DNA of 64,000 nucleotides from Eledone cirrhosa (Eukaryota): NCBI GenBank assembly GCA_964016885.1, contig OZ024762.1, positions 20,212,001 to 20,276,000 of the forward strand, read 5' to 3'. Shown piece by piece: positions 45,516 to 59,500 of this stretch (position 1 is its first letter; each line of letters starts with the position of its first letter). The notes under the pieces were generated by a model. It saw only the letters and a program-made list of their open reading frames with translations, ran no database searches and was not told where the DNA came from. The position numbers and the translations under genes were made by a program.

Positions 45516-45876
45516 TCCAGATGTCATGATCTTCCATAGCATTCTTGAGATCAACAATCCCCAGCTGGATATCACGAGACAGTTGATTGATCTAGGAGGT
45601 CATTCTCAGTCGTGCTGCTAGGGTTTGGGTCTGACTCCAGATGTCATGATCTTCCATAGCATTCTTGAGATCAACAATCCCCAGCTGGATATCACGAGAC
45701 AGTTGATTGATCTAGGAGGTCATTCTCAGTCGTGCTGCTAGGGTTTGGGTCTGACTCCAGATGTCATGATCTTCCATAGCATTCTTGAGATCAACAATCC
45801 CCAGCTGGATATCACGAGACAGTTGATTGATCTAGGAGGTCATTCTCAGTGGTGCTGCTAGGGTTTGGGTCTGACT
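45516..45876. repeat. 120-bp tandem triplication
   Basis: Lines 45541, 45661 and 45781 are identical; one substitution in the third copy. Confidence 0.95.
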
Positions 45877-46369
45877 ATGTCTAGGCATCCACAACAGTAG
45901 CTGGTTCAGCAGCTCAAACTTGCTAGATAAATATAAACACTTTAAAACGAACAGGATTTGAACTTGGAATGAAGAGGGCTGAAAAAAATACCAGAAAGTA
46001 TTTTGGCTGACCCTCTGATGATTTTACTAATCCATTAATGGATTTAAGATGCTTTAATTCATCAAATAGGATATTTTTTTCTTCTTCTTCTACTTTAAAT
46101 TCTAACTCTAATGGAGTACGTGGTTCTTACATATTCCCTGCTGAAGTCTACCGTTGAGGCAGGGGACAGTGTGACAGACAGAAAGACAGAGGACAAGGAA
46201 GAGGCAGGGTAGAAGATTCCAGATGTTCTGTTTTTCATCAGGTACATGAATAATTAGAAAAAAAAACACACGCCTGTTATTTTATAGTGCATTCTCAGGC
46301 ATTACACACACATATAAATACACTCACACACACATATATATATATATATATATAGAAACATATACATAC

Positions 46370-47819
46370 ACATATATATAGTGAGAGAAGCATATCTACA
46401 TATACATACACCTACATACACATATATATAGTGAGAGAAGCATATCTACATATACATACACCTACACATATATACATATACATACACCTACACACATATA
46501 TATAGTGAGAGAAACATATATACATATACACACACCTACATACACATATATATAGTGAGAGAAGCATATCTACATATACATACACCTACACACATATATA
46601 TATATAGTGAGAGAAACATATATACATATACATACACCTACACACATATATAGTGAGAGAAACATATATACATATACATACACCTACACACATATATATA
46701 TAGTGAGAGAAACATATATACATATACATACACCTACACACATATATAGTGAGAGAAGCATATCTACATATACATACACCTACATACACATATATAGTGA
46801 GAGAAGCATATATACATCTACATACACATATATATAGTGAGAGAAGCATATCTACATATACATACACCTACACACATATATATAGTGAGAGAAGCATATC
46901 TACATATACATACACCTACACATATATATATAGTGAGAGAAGCATATCTACATATACATACACCTACACATATATATATAGTGAGAGAAGCATATCTACA
47001 TATACATACACCTACACATATATATATAGTGAGAGAAGCATATCTACATATACATACACCTACACATATATATATAGTGAGAGAAGCATATCTACATATA
47101 CATACACCTACACATATATATATAGTGAGAGAAGCATATCTACATATACATACACCTACACATATATATATAGTGAGAGAAGCATATCTACATATACATA
47201 CACCTACACATATATATATAGTGAGAGAAGCATATCTACATATACATACACCTACACATATATATATAGTGAGAGAAGCATATCTACATATACATACACC
47301 TACACATATATACACAGTGAGAGAAGCATATATACATATACATACACCTACACACATATATATAGTGAGAGAAGCATATATACATATACATACACCTACA
47401 CATATATATATAGTGCAAGAAACATATATACATATACATACAACTACACACATATATATAGTGAGAGAAGCATATATACATATACACACACCTACACATA
47501 TACACACATATACACATATACATACACCTACATACACATATATATATAGTGAGAGAAGCATATCTACATATACACCTACACATATATAGTGAAACATATA
47601 TACATATACATACACCTACACACATATATATAGTGAGAGAAGCATATCTACATATACATACACCTACACATATATATAGTGCGAGAAGCATATATACATA
47701 TAGATACACCCATACACATATATATAGTGAGAGAAACATATATACATACACCCATACACACACACATATATATATATATATATAGTGAGAGAAACATATA
47801 TACATACACATACACCCAT

Positions 47820-47878
<59 letters not shown>

Positions 47879-48030
47879 GAGAAGCATATATACATATATA
47901 TACACCCATACACACACACATATATATATATATAGTGAGAGAAGCATATATACATATACATACACCTACACACATATATATAGTAAGAGAAACATATATA
48001 CATATACATACACCTACACATATACACATA
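46370..48030. repeat. About 48-bp minisatellite (TAGTGAGAGAAGCATATCTACATATACATACACCTACACATATATA) immediately upstream of the protease promoter
   Basis: 16-aa periodicity in overlapping ORFs. Confidence 0.9.
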
Positions 48031-48156
48031 TACACATATATACACAGATTTACTCATACATGCACACACACATATATATAATGTGTATGGGTATATGTAT
48101 ATATATATGTATGTATAATATAGACACACACACTGAAATATCTTCAAGCAATGGTG

Positions 48157-48197
48157 TATATAAAAAGGAACAGCGATGCTGTAGGAATTGTCATTCT
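48157..48197 (+). promoter_or_regulatory. Putative core promoter of the protease gene: TATA box plus Inr-like TCATTC
   Basis: TATATAAAAAG at 48157, TCATTCT at 48191 (about 32-34 bp downstream), ATG at 48229. Confidence 0.65.
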
Positions 48198-48228
48198 GTG
48201 AACTGAAGAAAACAGAAGATTCTACGAA

Positions 48229-48277
48229 ATGTTCTCTTTTCTTACATTACTTAGTTTCGCTATAGTTGCATCTGGAG
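48229..48277 (+). CDS. Serine protease exon 1 (signal peptide MFSFLTLLSFAIVASG)
   Basis: ATG, hydrophobic run, donor GAG|GTAAGT. Phase 1 matches exon 2. TATA box about 70 bp upstream. Confidence 0.85.
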
Positions 48278-50123
48278 GTAAGTTTCATCTATATTTACAT
48301 CTAGAGTGGAATTTGGTCTACAGAATCTCTGCTGAAGCCCACTGTATGTATCTAAGTATGTGTGTGGAAATAAGAATGTAATTGTTTCTACATTTGCAAT
48401 TACCCAGTGCATTACTGGTACTTTATTTTATCGACGACGTAAGGATGGAAGGCAGAGTTAATCTCGGCGGGATTTGAACTCAGAATGGCAAGGGCTGTAA
48501 CTCTATACTATACGTCAAAGCATGGCGTCCGACCCTCTACCGATACTGCCAAATGATGATATATATATATATATACTTTCATTTATATATATATATATAT
48601 ATACTTTCATTTATATATATATAACGAAGGAAATGTGGTAAGGAACCAGATGAACCATAACGCACCAAAGTACTCAATACTTAGGGTAGTAGAGTGGGTA
48701 ATAGGAATGAGTAGGACCCCGACGGCTGAGCTCAAGCCGTTTCGACGGCAAATTCTGGACTAAAGTTTTAGTCCAGAATTAGCCGTCACAAAACAGAGAG
48801 AGAGAAAACTGTTGTTAAGGGCAATATATCAAAATGAATTAACGGAGTCAGAAACTTACGTTCGTCCCCTGTAATTCATGAATGAGCTCAAAGGAAAAAG
48901 AATCCCGGGCTCTTCAAATATAATATAGAGAAGAAAACACACTAGTGGGGAGACCCAAGAAGACCTGGGATGAGGTGATAAAAGCCGACCTTACCCAATT
49001 ACACCTCTCAAAGGCGATAACATAGGACCGTGACCTCTGGCATCACGCAGTAATACAGAAGACCCGACTTCCCACGGGCTGAAGCTGAAGCATATAGACA
49101 ATATGCCCCCACACCCTCCCACTGCAAAAAAGCACCCAGCCCACACTGTAAAGTGGACATGTAGGCGCCACGGAAAAAAAGCACCCAGAGTTGTTTCGAA
49201 TGTATTCACTTAACACACGCTGATGAACCCGAGTGAATTTGATCTAAACCCTGACTCTCTGGCAACACATTCTCTCTGAGTTTGTACGTGTGTGATATAT
49301 AGTTATAATTGTTTCTACTTTAGGCACAAGGCCAGCAATTACCCAGTGTATTACTGGTACTTTATTTTATCGACCCCGTAAGGATGAAAGGCAAAGTTAA
49401 CCTAAAGATATAATTGTTTCTACTTTAGGCACAAGGCCAGCAATTAATCAGTGTATTACTGGTACTTTATTTTATCGACCCCGTAAGGATGAAAGGCAAA
49501 GTTAACCTAAAGATATAATTGTTTCTACTTTAGGCACAAGGCCAGCAATTACCCAGTGTATTACTGGTACTTTATTTTATCGACCCCGTAAGGATGAAAG
49601 GCAAAGTCAACCTCGGCGGGATTTGAACTCCGAGGTTGACTTTATAGTTATAATGTTATAATGGTGGGTATTTCATTTTAATTTATATTTTTAATTATAA
49701 TGTATCTGCCTCACTTTTCTTAGTTTATAGGTTCCATACATTGTGGTATACCCTGTAACTTCATCAATACACACTTTCTCTAGTGTGTTTTCTTCTCTAT
49801 ATTATATATATATATATATAAATATATGATGATGAGGAATATCATCATCATCATCATCATCGTTTAACGTCCGTGTTCCACGCTTGCATGGGTTTGGACG
49901 GGGGTTTTCCCACTTGAGGCAAGAGTGGTTGTCTTGCTCGCATAGGACTGTCTGGTGGGTTTTCTACAGCTGGATGCCCTTCCTAACACCAACCACATTT
50001 ACAGTGTGGGGCTGGGAGGTTTTTACCGTGTTGCCTACACGGCCACATTACAGCGTGGACTGTGTGTTTTTTTGTCGTGACACCTACACAATCTCATTTG
50101 TTTCGGCCTGGATGTTGTGGCAC

Positions 50124-50162
<39 letters not shown>

Positions 50163-50522
50163 ATATTAACAAATGGAAACTATATTTATAAAACCACATT
50201 TATTTCATTATACATATTTCAAGGGCCACCAGAGCAAACTATTTTGTTGAGTGCTTTATATCAGTTATAAAAATATTTTGCTTGTTGTATCCCAACAAAT
50301 TAAATATAACCTCTACATATATATATATATTGAGAGAAAGAGAGAGAGAGAGAGAGAGACATATATATCATCATACATCTGCTTTTCCATGCTTGCATAT
50401 GTTGGACGGGTCTTTTGCAGCAAATTATCTCTTGCAAAAGGAAAAAAAAGAGTGCTCTATGTATAGCTCTGTTCTATACATAGAGCACTCTTTTTTCCTT
50501 TGCTTTTTCTTTGGAATTACCT

Positions 50523-50588
<66 letters not shown>

Positions 50589-50728
50589 AACAAGTAAGAC
50601 CCCGACGGCTGAGCTCAAGCCGTTTCGACGGCTAATTCTTACTTGTTCCTATTACCCACTCTACTACCCTAAGTATTGAGTACTTTGGTGCGTTATGGTC
50701 CACCTGGTTCCTTACCACATTTCCTTCG

Positions 50729-50775
<47 letters not shown>

Positions 50776-51136
50776 TATATATAGATATATATATATATAG
50801 ATATATATATATGATGATGACGATGATGATGATATATAAAAGGAGGAAATTGTAGTTTATTTGAAGCATTGTGTAGTTAGGTATAAACGTTTGGAGTTAG
50901 AAGGCCAAAACAATGCAGGTATGGATATAGAATATAAATACAGATGCAAAAGATATTGCTGACAATTAGTCTTTTACCTGAAATTTATTTGAATATCCTT
51001 AATTTTTGAGATAATATCTCTTCTTCGGAGGGAAGTAAAGGGGTTAATCCAGTGTTCTAATTAGCTTGCCAAGTCATGCTAACAGGAAATGTTTATACCT
51101 AACTACGCAATGCTTCAAGTAAACTACAATTTCCTC

Positions 51137-51213
<77 letters not shown>

Positions 51214-54200
51214 GTTTAACGTCCATATTCCACGCTTGCATGGGTTTGGACAGGAGTTTTCCCACTTGAGGCAAGAGTGGTTGTCTTGCTCGCATAGGAC
51301 TGTCTGGCGGGTTTTCTATGGCTGGATGCCCTTCCTAACACCAACCACATTTACAGTGTGGGACTGGGAGGTTTTTACCGTGTTACCTACACGGCCACAT
51401 TACAGCGTGGACTGTGTGTTTTTTTTTTGTCGTGACACTGTGTGTGTGTGTGTATATTCCTCACAGTTGTCTATGTTGTATTGTAGGTGTCAATTCCGCT
51501 ATCATTGGAGGGAGTGTATTTGTACATAACATCATTGGAGGTACTGCAGCTGGGAAATGTGACATCCCTTACATCACATTAGTGTATGTGAAGAAAACTG
51601 ATAAAAGTTACCAGTGTGGTGGCTCTTTCATAGACAACCGCCATGTCCTAACAGCTGCCCACTGTGTGTAAGTATTTCATATTCATTAATTTACTAATCA
51701 AATTAACTAATTCATTAATTAAATGATTTAATTAGTCTATTTAATTAGCTAATATATTCATTCGTGATGTAGCACCCCTCCTGGCAAGATTATGAGATGC
51801 TGGAGATAGTTGGTATAATAATGTTGAGTGGTTTGTCTGTCTATCTCTCTCTATATATAATGTATGTGTGTGTATCTCCCCCTTCTCCCTCTCTCTCTCT
51901 ATATATATAGACACACATATGCACACACACATATGTGTATATATATATGTGTGTGTGTGAGTGTGTGTGTGTATATATGGGTGGGTGTGTGTGTGTGTGT
52001 ATATATATATCAAGAGACAAAGTTTAACAAATAGAATAGACACAGTTTCAGTCGTTTCCTCTCTCACTCAATGATTTAATTAACTCTTTAGCATTTAAAC
52101 TGGCCATAACCAGCCACTCATACTGACGTTAAGGTATTGTTCTCAAAATAAATAACATCAAAATCTCATAGATTCGATATTATGTAAGATAAAGTCTTTA
52201 CTATGAAAATATAATAGTAAATATAGAGTAATGTAAATGTTAAAGGGATAAGTCCATATTAAAATTTGAACCCAACCGATTAGCGTGTACACATATGTTA
52301 CACAGTGAGGAAGACGACTTCGTCTGGGTAGAAGAATTGAGATACCTGGACTGATGCACCAGTTTCTACGATTCCATTCTGCTGGCAGTGGCCCAAGGGG
52401 AACCACCATGTGTGGAAATTAGGTAATGTTATTATGCACTACGTAATTGGGCAGGGAACAGCATTGTCAGCAGGAGTTCGCCATGTGTGGAAATTAGGTA
52501 ATGGTATTATGCATTACGTAATTGGGCAGGGAACAGCATTGTCAGCAGGAGTTTGCCATGTGTGGAAATTAGGTAATGTTATTATGCATTACGTAATTGG
52601 GCAGGGAACAGCATTGTCAGCAGGAGTTCGCCATGTGTGGAAATTAGGTAATGTTATTATGCATTACGTAATTGGGCAGGGAACAGCATTGTCAGCAGGA
52701 GTTCGCCATGTGTGGAAATTAGGTAATGGTATTATGCATTACGTAATTGGGCAGGGAACAGCATTGTCAGCAGGAGTTTGCCATGTGTGGAAATTAGGTA
52801 ATGTTATTATGCATTACGTAATTGGGCAGGGAACAGCATTGTCAGCAGGAGTTCGCCATGTGTGGAAATTAGGTAATGGTATTATGCATTACGTAATTGG
52901 GCAGGGAACAGCATTGTCAGCAGGAGTTCGCCATGTGTGGAAATTAGGTAATGGTATTATGCATTACGTAATTGGGCAGGGAACAGCATTGTCAGCAGGA
53001 GTTTGCCATGTGTGGAAATTAGGTAATGTTATTATGCATTACGTAATTGGGCAGGGAACAGCATTGTCAGCAGGAGTTCGCCATGTGTGGAAATTAGGTA
53101 ATGTTATTATGCATTACGTAATTGGGCAGGGAACAGCATTGTCAGCAGGAGTTCGCCATGTGTGGAAATTAGGTAATGGTATTATGCATTACGTAATTGG
53201 GCAGGGAACAGCATTGTCAGCAGGAGTTCGCCATGTGTGGAAATTAGGTAATGGTATTATGCATTACGTAATTGGGCAGGGAACAGCATTGTCAGCAGGA
53301 GTTTGCCATGTGTGGAAATTAGGTAATGGTATTATGCATTACGTAATTGGGCAGGGAACAGCATTGTCAGCAGGAGTTCGCCATGTGTGGAAATTAGGTA
53401 ATGGTATTATGCATTACGTAATTGGGCAGGGAACAGCATTGTCAGCAGGAGTTCGCCTCCTTGCAATGAAAAATTCTGTATGGCGTGCTAGTATATCACA
53501 TTGCTGGACACAAGTGAATGTAGTAGTAGTAGTCCTTAACTAATAATTGTTTCTAATTTTGGCACAAGGCCAGCAATTACCCAGTACATTACTGGTACTA
53601 AATTTTATCGACCCCGTAAGGATGAAAGGCAAAGTTAACCTCGGCGGGATTTGAACTCAGACCGTAAAGGGACGTAACTATGCTGGAAAGCATGGCGTCC
53701 GACTCTCTACCGATACAGCCAATCCACCGTCCTTAGTCCTTAACTAATAATTGTTTCTACGTTTGGCACAAGGCCAGCAAATACCCAGTGCATTACTGGT
53801 ACTTTATTTTATCGACCCCGTAAGGATGAAAGGTAAAGTTAACCTCGGCGGAATTTGAACTCAGAATGGCAAGGACCGTAACTCTATACGTCAAAGTATG
53901 GCGTCCGACCCTCTACCGATACTGCCAATCCACCGTCCTTAGTCCTTAACTAATAATGATGGGTGATGTCACATAAATATATATATATTCTCACTGCTCA
54001 CAGAATATAAGAACAAACTTTAATATTTGATAAGATTAACATTCCAATCAAAACCAGTAATATTCGACAAAACTTAAAAACTTAAAATGTAACAATTATA
54101 AAAATATTTATCCTGTCAGATTAAAGAAAAAATAATCTTTAAATATACACTTGTGCTTTTCACTTTTACCTTTTACCTATATATATATATAGAGAGAGAA

Positions 54201-54219
54201 AAAGGTGAGACTGGAAATA

Positions 54220-54279
<60 letters not shown>

Positions 54280-54611
54280 ATTAAAATACTGGAGCGTGTT
54301 GGAGTTAAACACCCTCTTCGTATTATAGAAATGACAGTAAATATATATATATATACAAGTTAATATAAATTAATATATGATAAACACGTAAGTGTTTGCA
54401 TTGCAAAAGACTAAGTTAGCTAGAATGAAATAAACTAATTAAAATAAATATATTTATTTTAATTAGTTTATTTCATTCTAGCTAACTTAGTCTTTTGCAA
54501 TGCAAACACTTACGTGTTTATCATATATTAATTTATATTAACTTGTATTTCACTGCTCAGAAATGCTTCTTTCTTTGAGCTAATTAATTGTAAATGACTC
54601 TAAATATAATA

Positions 54612-54647
<36 letters not shown>

Positions 54648-55987
54648 CATGAGAAGAAAGAAGAATACTGCGTGGTTTGCACATGGGTTAAATATGATAA
54701 AAATAGCCCTTCGTCAGTGATTTTCCAACCATCATTGGTATTTCAATACATATATATATATATAATTCAAGGAAACAACAAAACAGAGCTACAAAAAGTC
54801 TTATTAGTTTCACGCTTTATATGGAAAAGGGGAAAGAAAGTTCGACGTGTTGGGCTTAAGCCCTTCCTCAGGAGTACAAATTAGAGACAGGCGCACAATA
54901 GATACAGAAAATAAAAAGTAGTCCGTAGTAAAAATGAGAGTAAACAAGAAAAACCGTTAGGTAGTCTTGGTAACGATTTTGGAAAGTGAAATGTGTGTGT
55001 TTTAGTGTTGATATTATGTGTATGTGTATGTTTAAACGTGTGTGTGTTTTTTAAAGGTTTATTATGTTTAAAGGTTTATTATTTTAAAGGTTTATTATGT
55101 AGCATGGAGATAGACGTTAAATGTTGATGATGATGATGATGATGAGTATCAATGGTTGTGTGTTATGCATACATCCGTGTAGTGTGTGGTTGTGGACTTT
55201 TATGTGTGAGTGAATGTAAATTTGAATGCGTATTCTGTATATGTGTGTTGAAGTTTATTTTGTGTGTGTGTGAAGTAGGTGACTGTGATTTGTATGTAAG
55301 AGTGTATATATTAACGAGCCTGTGATATAAGTAAGATAGAGGAAGTATGTTTAATGTGTGTTAGAGAGTATATGGCAGAGCAGATTATAGGAAGGTGTGT
55401 GGCATTAAGGCTAGGGGGATGAAAGTTTTGTAAAGAAAATATAAGTTGCTGTTCTCTACACCGGCATGAGTCAAGATTTGGCACAAAGTGCAAGCCGAAA
55501 GACACAGGGGATGTGTTACATCCAGGGGTATGTGTATATTTTTTATTTATTTATGTGTTTATTTACTTGTCACTAGTTGGTTGGTTGTTCTATCTGTGTG
55601 TGTCTGATTTGTTTTGTTAGTTCGGTTTTTGTGTGTGTCTGTATGTCTTCATTTTGTCCTGAATTACTAATTGTGATGTTGATATTCCACTCATGTTTTG
55701 TTTCATTTTGGTTGGAGTTTGTTTATGTTTGTCGCCTGTGGTTTGTCTGAGCATATATATATATATTCTAAAATGGCTGATTGAAAACGTTATGTGTTGT
55801 TTTTTTTTTCTTTTTTTTATGTTCCTTCTTCTCACTCTTTATCTTTTATTTCTAATTCTATCTTCTAACGAAGGACTAGTGTCTGAAACGTTAAGACTCT
55901 TTTCCTGTTATTTCAAGCGTTAAACTAATATATTTCTTCAATATGTCATTTACTTTGTTGTTTCTGTTTATTGCGTGTGTGTATGTG

Positions 55988-56047
<60 letters not shown>

Positions 56048-56263
56048 ACTAATATAAATACTTCAATTTTTCTGATTTTTTTCCAATTTATCCAATATCT
56101 CTGAAGAAGTGACAACTGATTATACATTTGCTATCGAATACTTGCTAACATTATATGATTACGCAAGCAGCGATACATAGGTATTCGGTCTGTTACAGAA
56201 ACATATGTCAATACCTAATAAATTCCTTTTTTAATAAAAGCACTTTCATTTTATATTCATCCT

Positions 56264-56323
<60 letters not shown>

Positions 56324-56520
56324 ATACACATATATAATGATATATGTACATCTTAATGTTTCTTTAGAACTGGAGATGTGGTCAAGATCTATGTACTTTA
56401 TGGATTCCTAAACAAATATTTTCAAAAGAAATATGTAACAGTATCGAAAAATGTTCCACATCCAAAATTTACCATATCAGAGAATAGTGTTGGTAAGTTG
56501 CTCATTTATAAACCCTCACT

Positions 56521-56560
<40 letters not shown>

Positions 56561-59500
56561 ATTTCTCAAAGAAATTTTTAATAGGACAAAGACAATGTGA
56601 AAAACAACAGAAAGGCTGGAGCTCAGCCATCGGGGTCCTGAATCTTTTCATATTACCCACTCTACTACCCAAAGTATCGAGTACTCTGCTGCGTTATGGT
56701 CCACTTGGTTCCTTACCACACTTTGTTATATATACACATATAGGGCGGTGGATTGGCACTATCGGTAGAGGGTCGGACGCCATGCTTTCCAGCATAGTTA
56801 CGTCCCTTTACGATCTGAGTTCAAATCCCGCCGAGGTTGACTTTGCCTTTCATCCTTACGGGGTCGATAAAATAAAGTACCAGTAATGCACTGGCTAATT
56901 GCTGGCCTTGTGCCTAAAGTAGAAACAATTATTATCGTCATCATCAAAATAAAGTACCAGTAATGCACTGGGTAATTGCTGGCCTTGTGCCGAAAGTAGA
57001 AACAGTTATATATACACATATATATATATATATGGGTAAAGACCCCTTTCGGTCATGAGTGACCATGGGATTTGTACCTAGACGGCACAAGTCTGGGCAA
57101 GGGTGTTTGTGGAAGACCAGCAGTCACCCGTGCATACCAATCTCCCCTCCCCATGCCACTGATGTTGTCCAAGGGAAAGGCAATGGCCAGTACAGATTGG
57201 CAGCAGTGACATCACAACTGATGCCGCAGGTCTTGCATCAGGTTGCCTGTGAACCTTCACAATACTGTGGAGATCATAGTTCACAGGTTCTCTTTGAACA
57301 TGGCTGCGACTGTGGCTCCTGAGACCAGATTTGTTTAAGCAAATCTTTTCCCACTCAGAGCACACCAATTCAATGGTGACACCAATCATTTCAAGAGATA
57401 CAGCAGGGCATTGCTTACGCACACTCCTTTTGATCTTCTCATGCTCTATGTGTCTGTCCTCAAAATTATGGACCTCATCATTCACCATTCCACACCAAGT
57501 TTCTCTTTCAAGAGCTTCTATCTCATATATACTTAAATAGATCATAACTAGCAGAATGGCCCGGCATTGCTCGGGATTCTAAACATAGATTGGCATGTTT
57601 ATTCCTCCTTTCTGAAACAGTTTCATCGTATGTTCGCCAATTGATGCAGAAGTCCTAATAAAAAGTGAAGTCGGCTTGGGTGAATAGGCAAATAATTTTC
57701 CATTAAGATTTTTCAAAAGCATGTAATTGCGTTCCCTCTCTTTTTTGTTATTTTTGCTGCTGTCGTGAAATAAGTACGTTGGTTTATATTTTGTTATTGT
57801 GTATGCAAAAATATCTGTACACGAATATATTATATATATATATATATTAAAATAACAGTTAAATAGATCACAATAATAGCTTCTATCTCATATTTACTTA
57901 GATAGATCATAATTGTTTCTACTTTTGGCACAAGGCCAGCAATTTACCTCAGTACATTACTGGTACTTTATTTTATCGACCCCGTAAGGATGAAAGGCAA
58001 AGTTAACCTCGACGAGATCATAATAATAGCTTCTATATCATATATACTTAGATAGATCATAATAATAGCTTCTATCTCATATATACTTAGATCATAATAA
58101 TAGCTTCTACCTCATATATACTTAGATCATAATAATAGCTTCTACCTCATATATACTTAGATCATAATAATAGCTTCTATCTCATATATACTTAGATAGA
58201 TCATAATAATAGCTTCTATCTCATATATACTTAGATAGATCATAATAATAGCTTCTATCTCATATATACTTAGATAGATCATAATAATAGCTTCTATCTC
58301 ATATATACTTAGATCATAATAATAGCTTCTATCTCATATATACTTAGATCATAATAATAGCTTCTATCTCATATATACTTAGATCATAATAATAGCTTCT
58401 ACCTCATATATACTTAGATCATAATAATAGCTTCTATCTCATATATACTTAGATCATAATAATAGCTTCTATCTCATATATACTTAGATCATAATAATAG
58501 CTTCTACCTCATATATACTTAGATAGATCATAATAATAGCTTCTACCTCATATATACTTAGATAGATCATAATAATAGCTTCTACCTCATATATACTTAG
58601 ATAGATCATAATAATAGCTTCTACCTCATATATATTTAGATAGATCATAATAATAGCTTCTATCTCATATATACTTAGATAGATCATAATAATAGCTTCT
58701 ACCTCATATATACTTAGATCATAATAATAGCTTCTACCTCATATATACTTAGATCATAATAATAGCTTCTACCTCATATATACTTAGATCATAATAATAG
58801 CTTCTATCTCATATATACTTAGATCATAATAATAGCTTCTATCTCATATATACTTAGATCATAATAATAGCTTCTATCTCATATATACTTAGATCATAAT
58901 AATAGCTTCTACCTCATATATACTTAGATCATAATAATAGCTTCTATCTCATATATACTTAGATAGATCATAATAATAGCTTCTACCTCATATATATTTA
59001 GATAGATCATAATAATAGCTTCTATCTCATATATACTTAGATCATAATAATAGCTTCTATCTCATATATACTTAGATCATAATAATAGCTTCTATCTCAT
59101 ATATACTTAGATCATAATAATAGCTTCTACCTCATATATACTTAGATCATAATAATAGCTTCTATCTCATATATACTTAGATAGATCATAATAATAGCTT
59201 CTACCTCATATATATTTAGATAGATCATAATAATAGCTTCTATCTCATATATACTTAGATCATAATAATAGCTTCTATCTCATATATACTTAGATCATAA
59301 TAATAGCTTCTATCTCATATATACTTAGATCATAATAATAGCTTCTATCTCATATATACTTAGATAGATCATAATAATAGCTTCTACCTCATATATACTT
59401 AGATCATAATAATAGCTTCTATCTCATATATACTTAGATCATAATAATAGCTTCTATCTCATATATACTTAGATCATAATAATAGCTTCTATCTCATATA

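Noticed and set aside
52410-53543. 377-aa repeat protein gene
   Set aside because: Lies inside protease intron 2, has no ATG start (GTG), and the 75-bp unit is simply a multiple of three.
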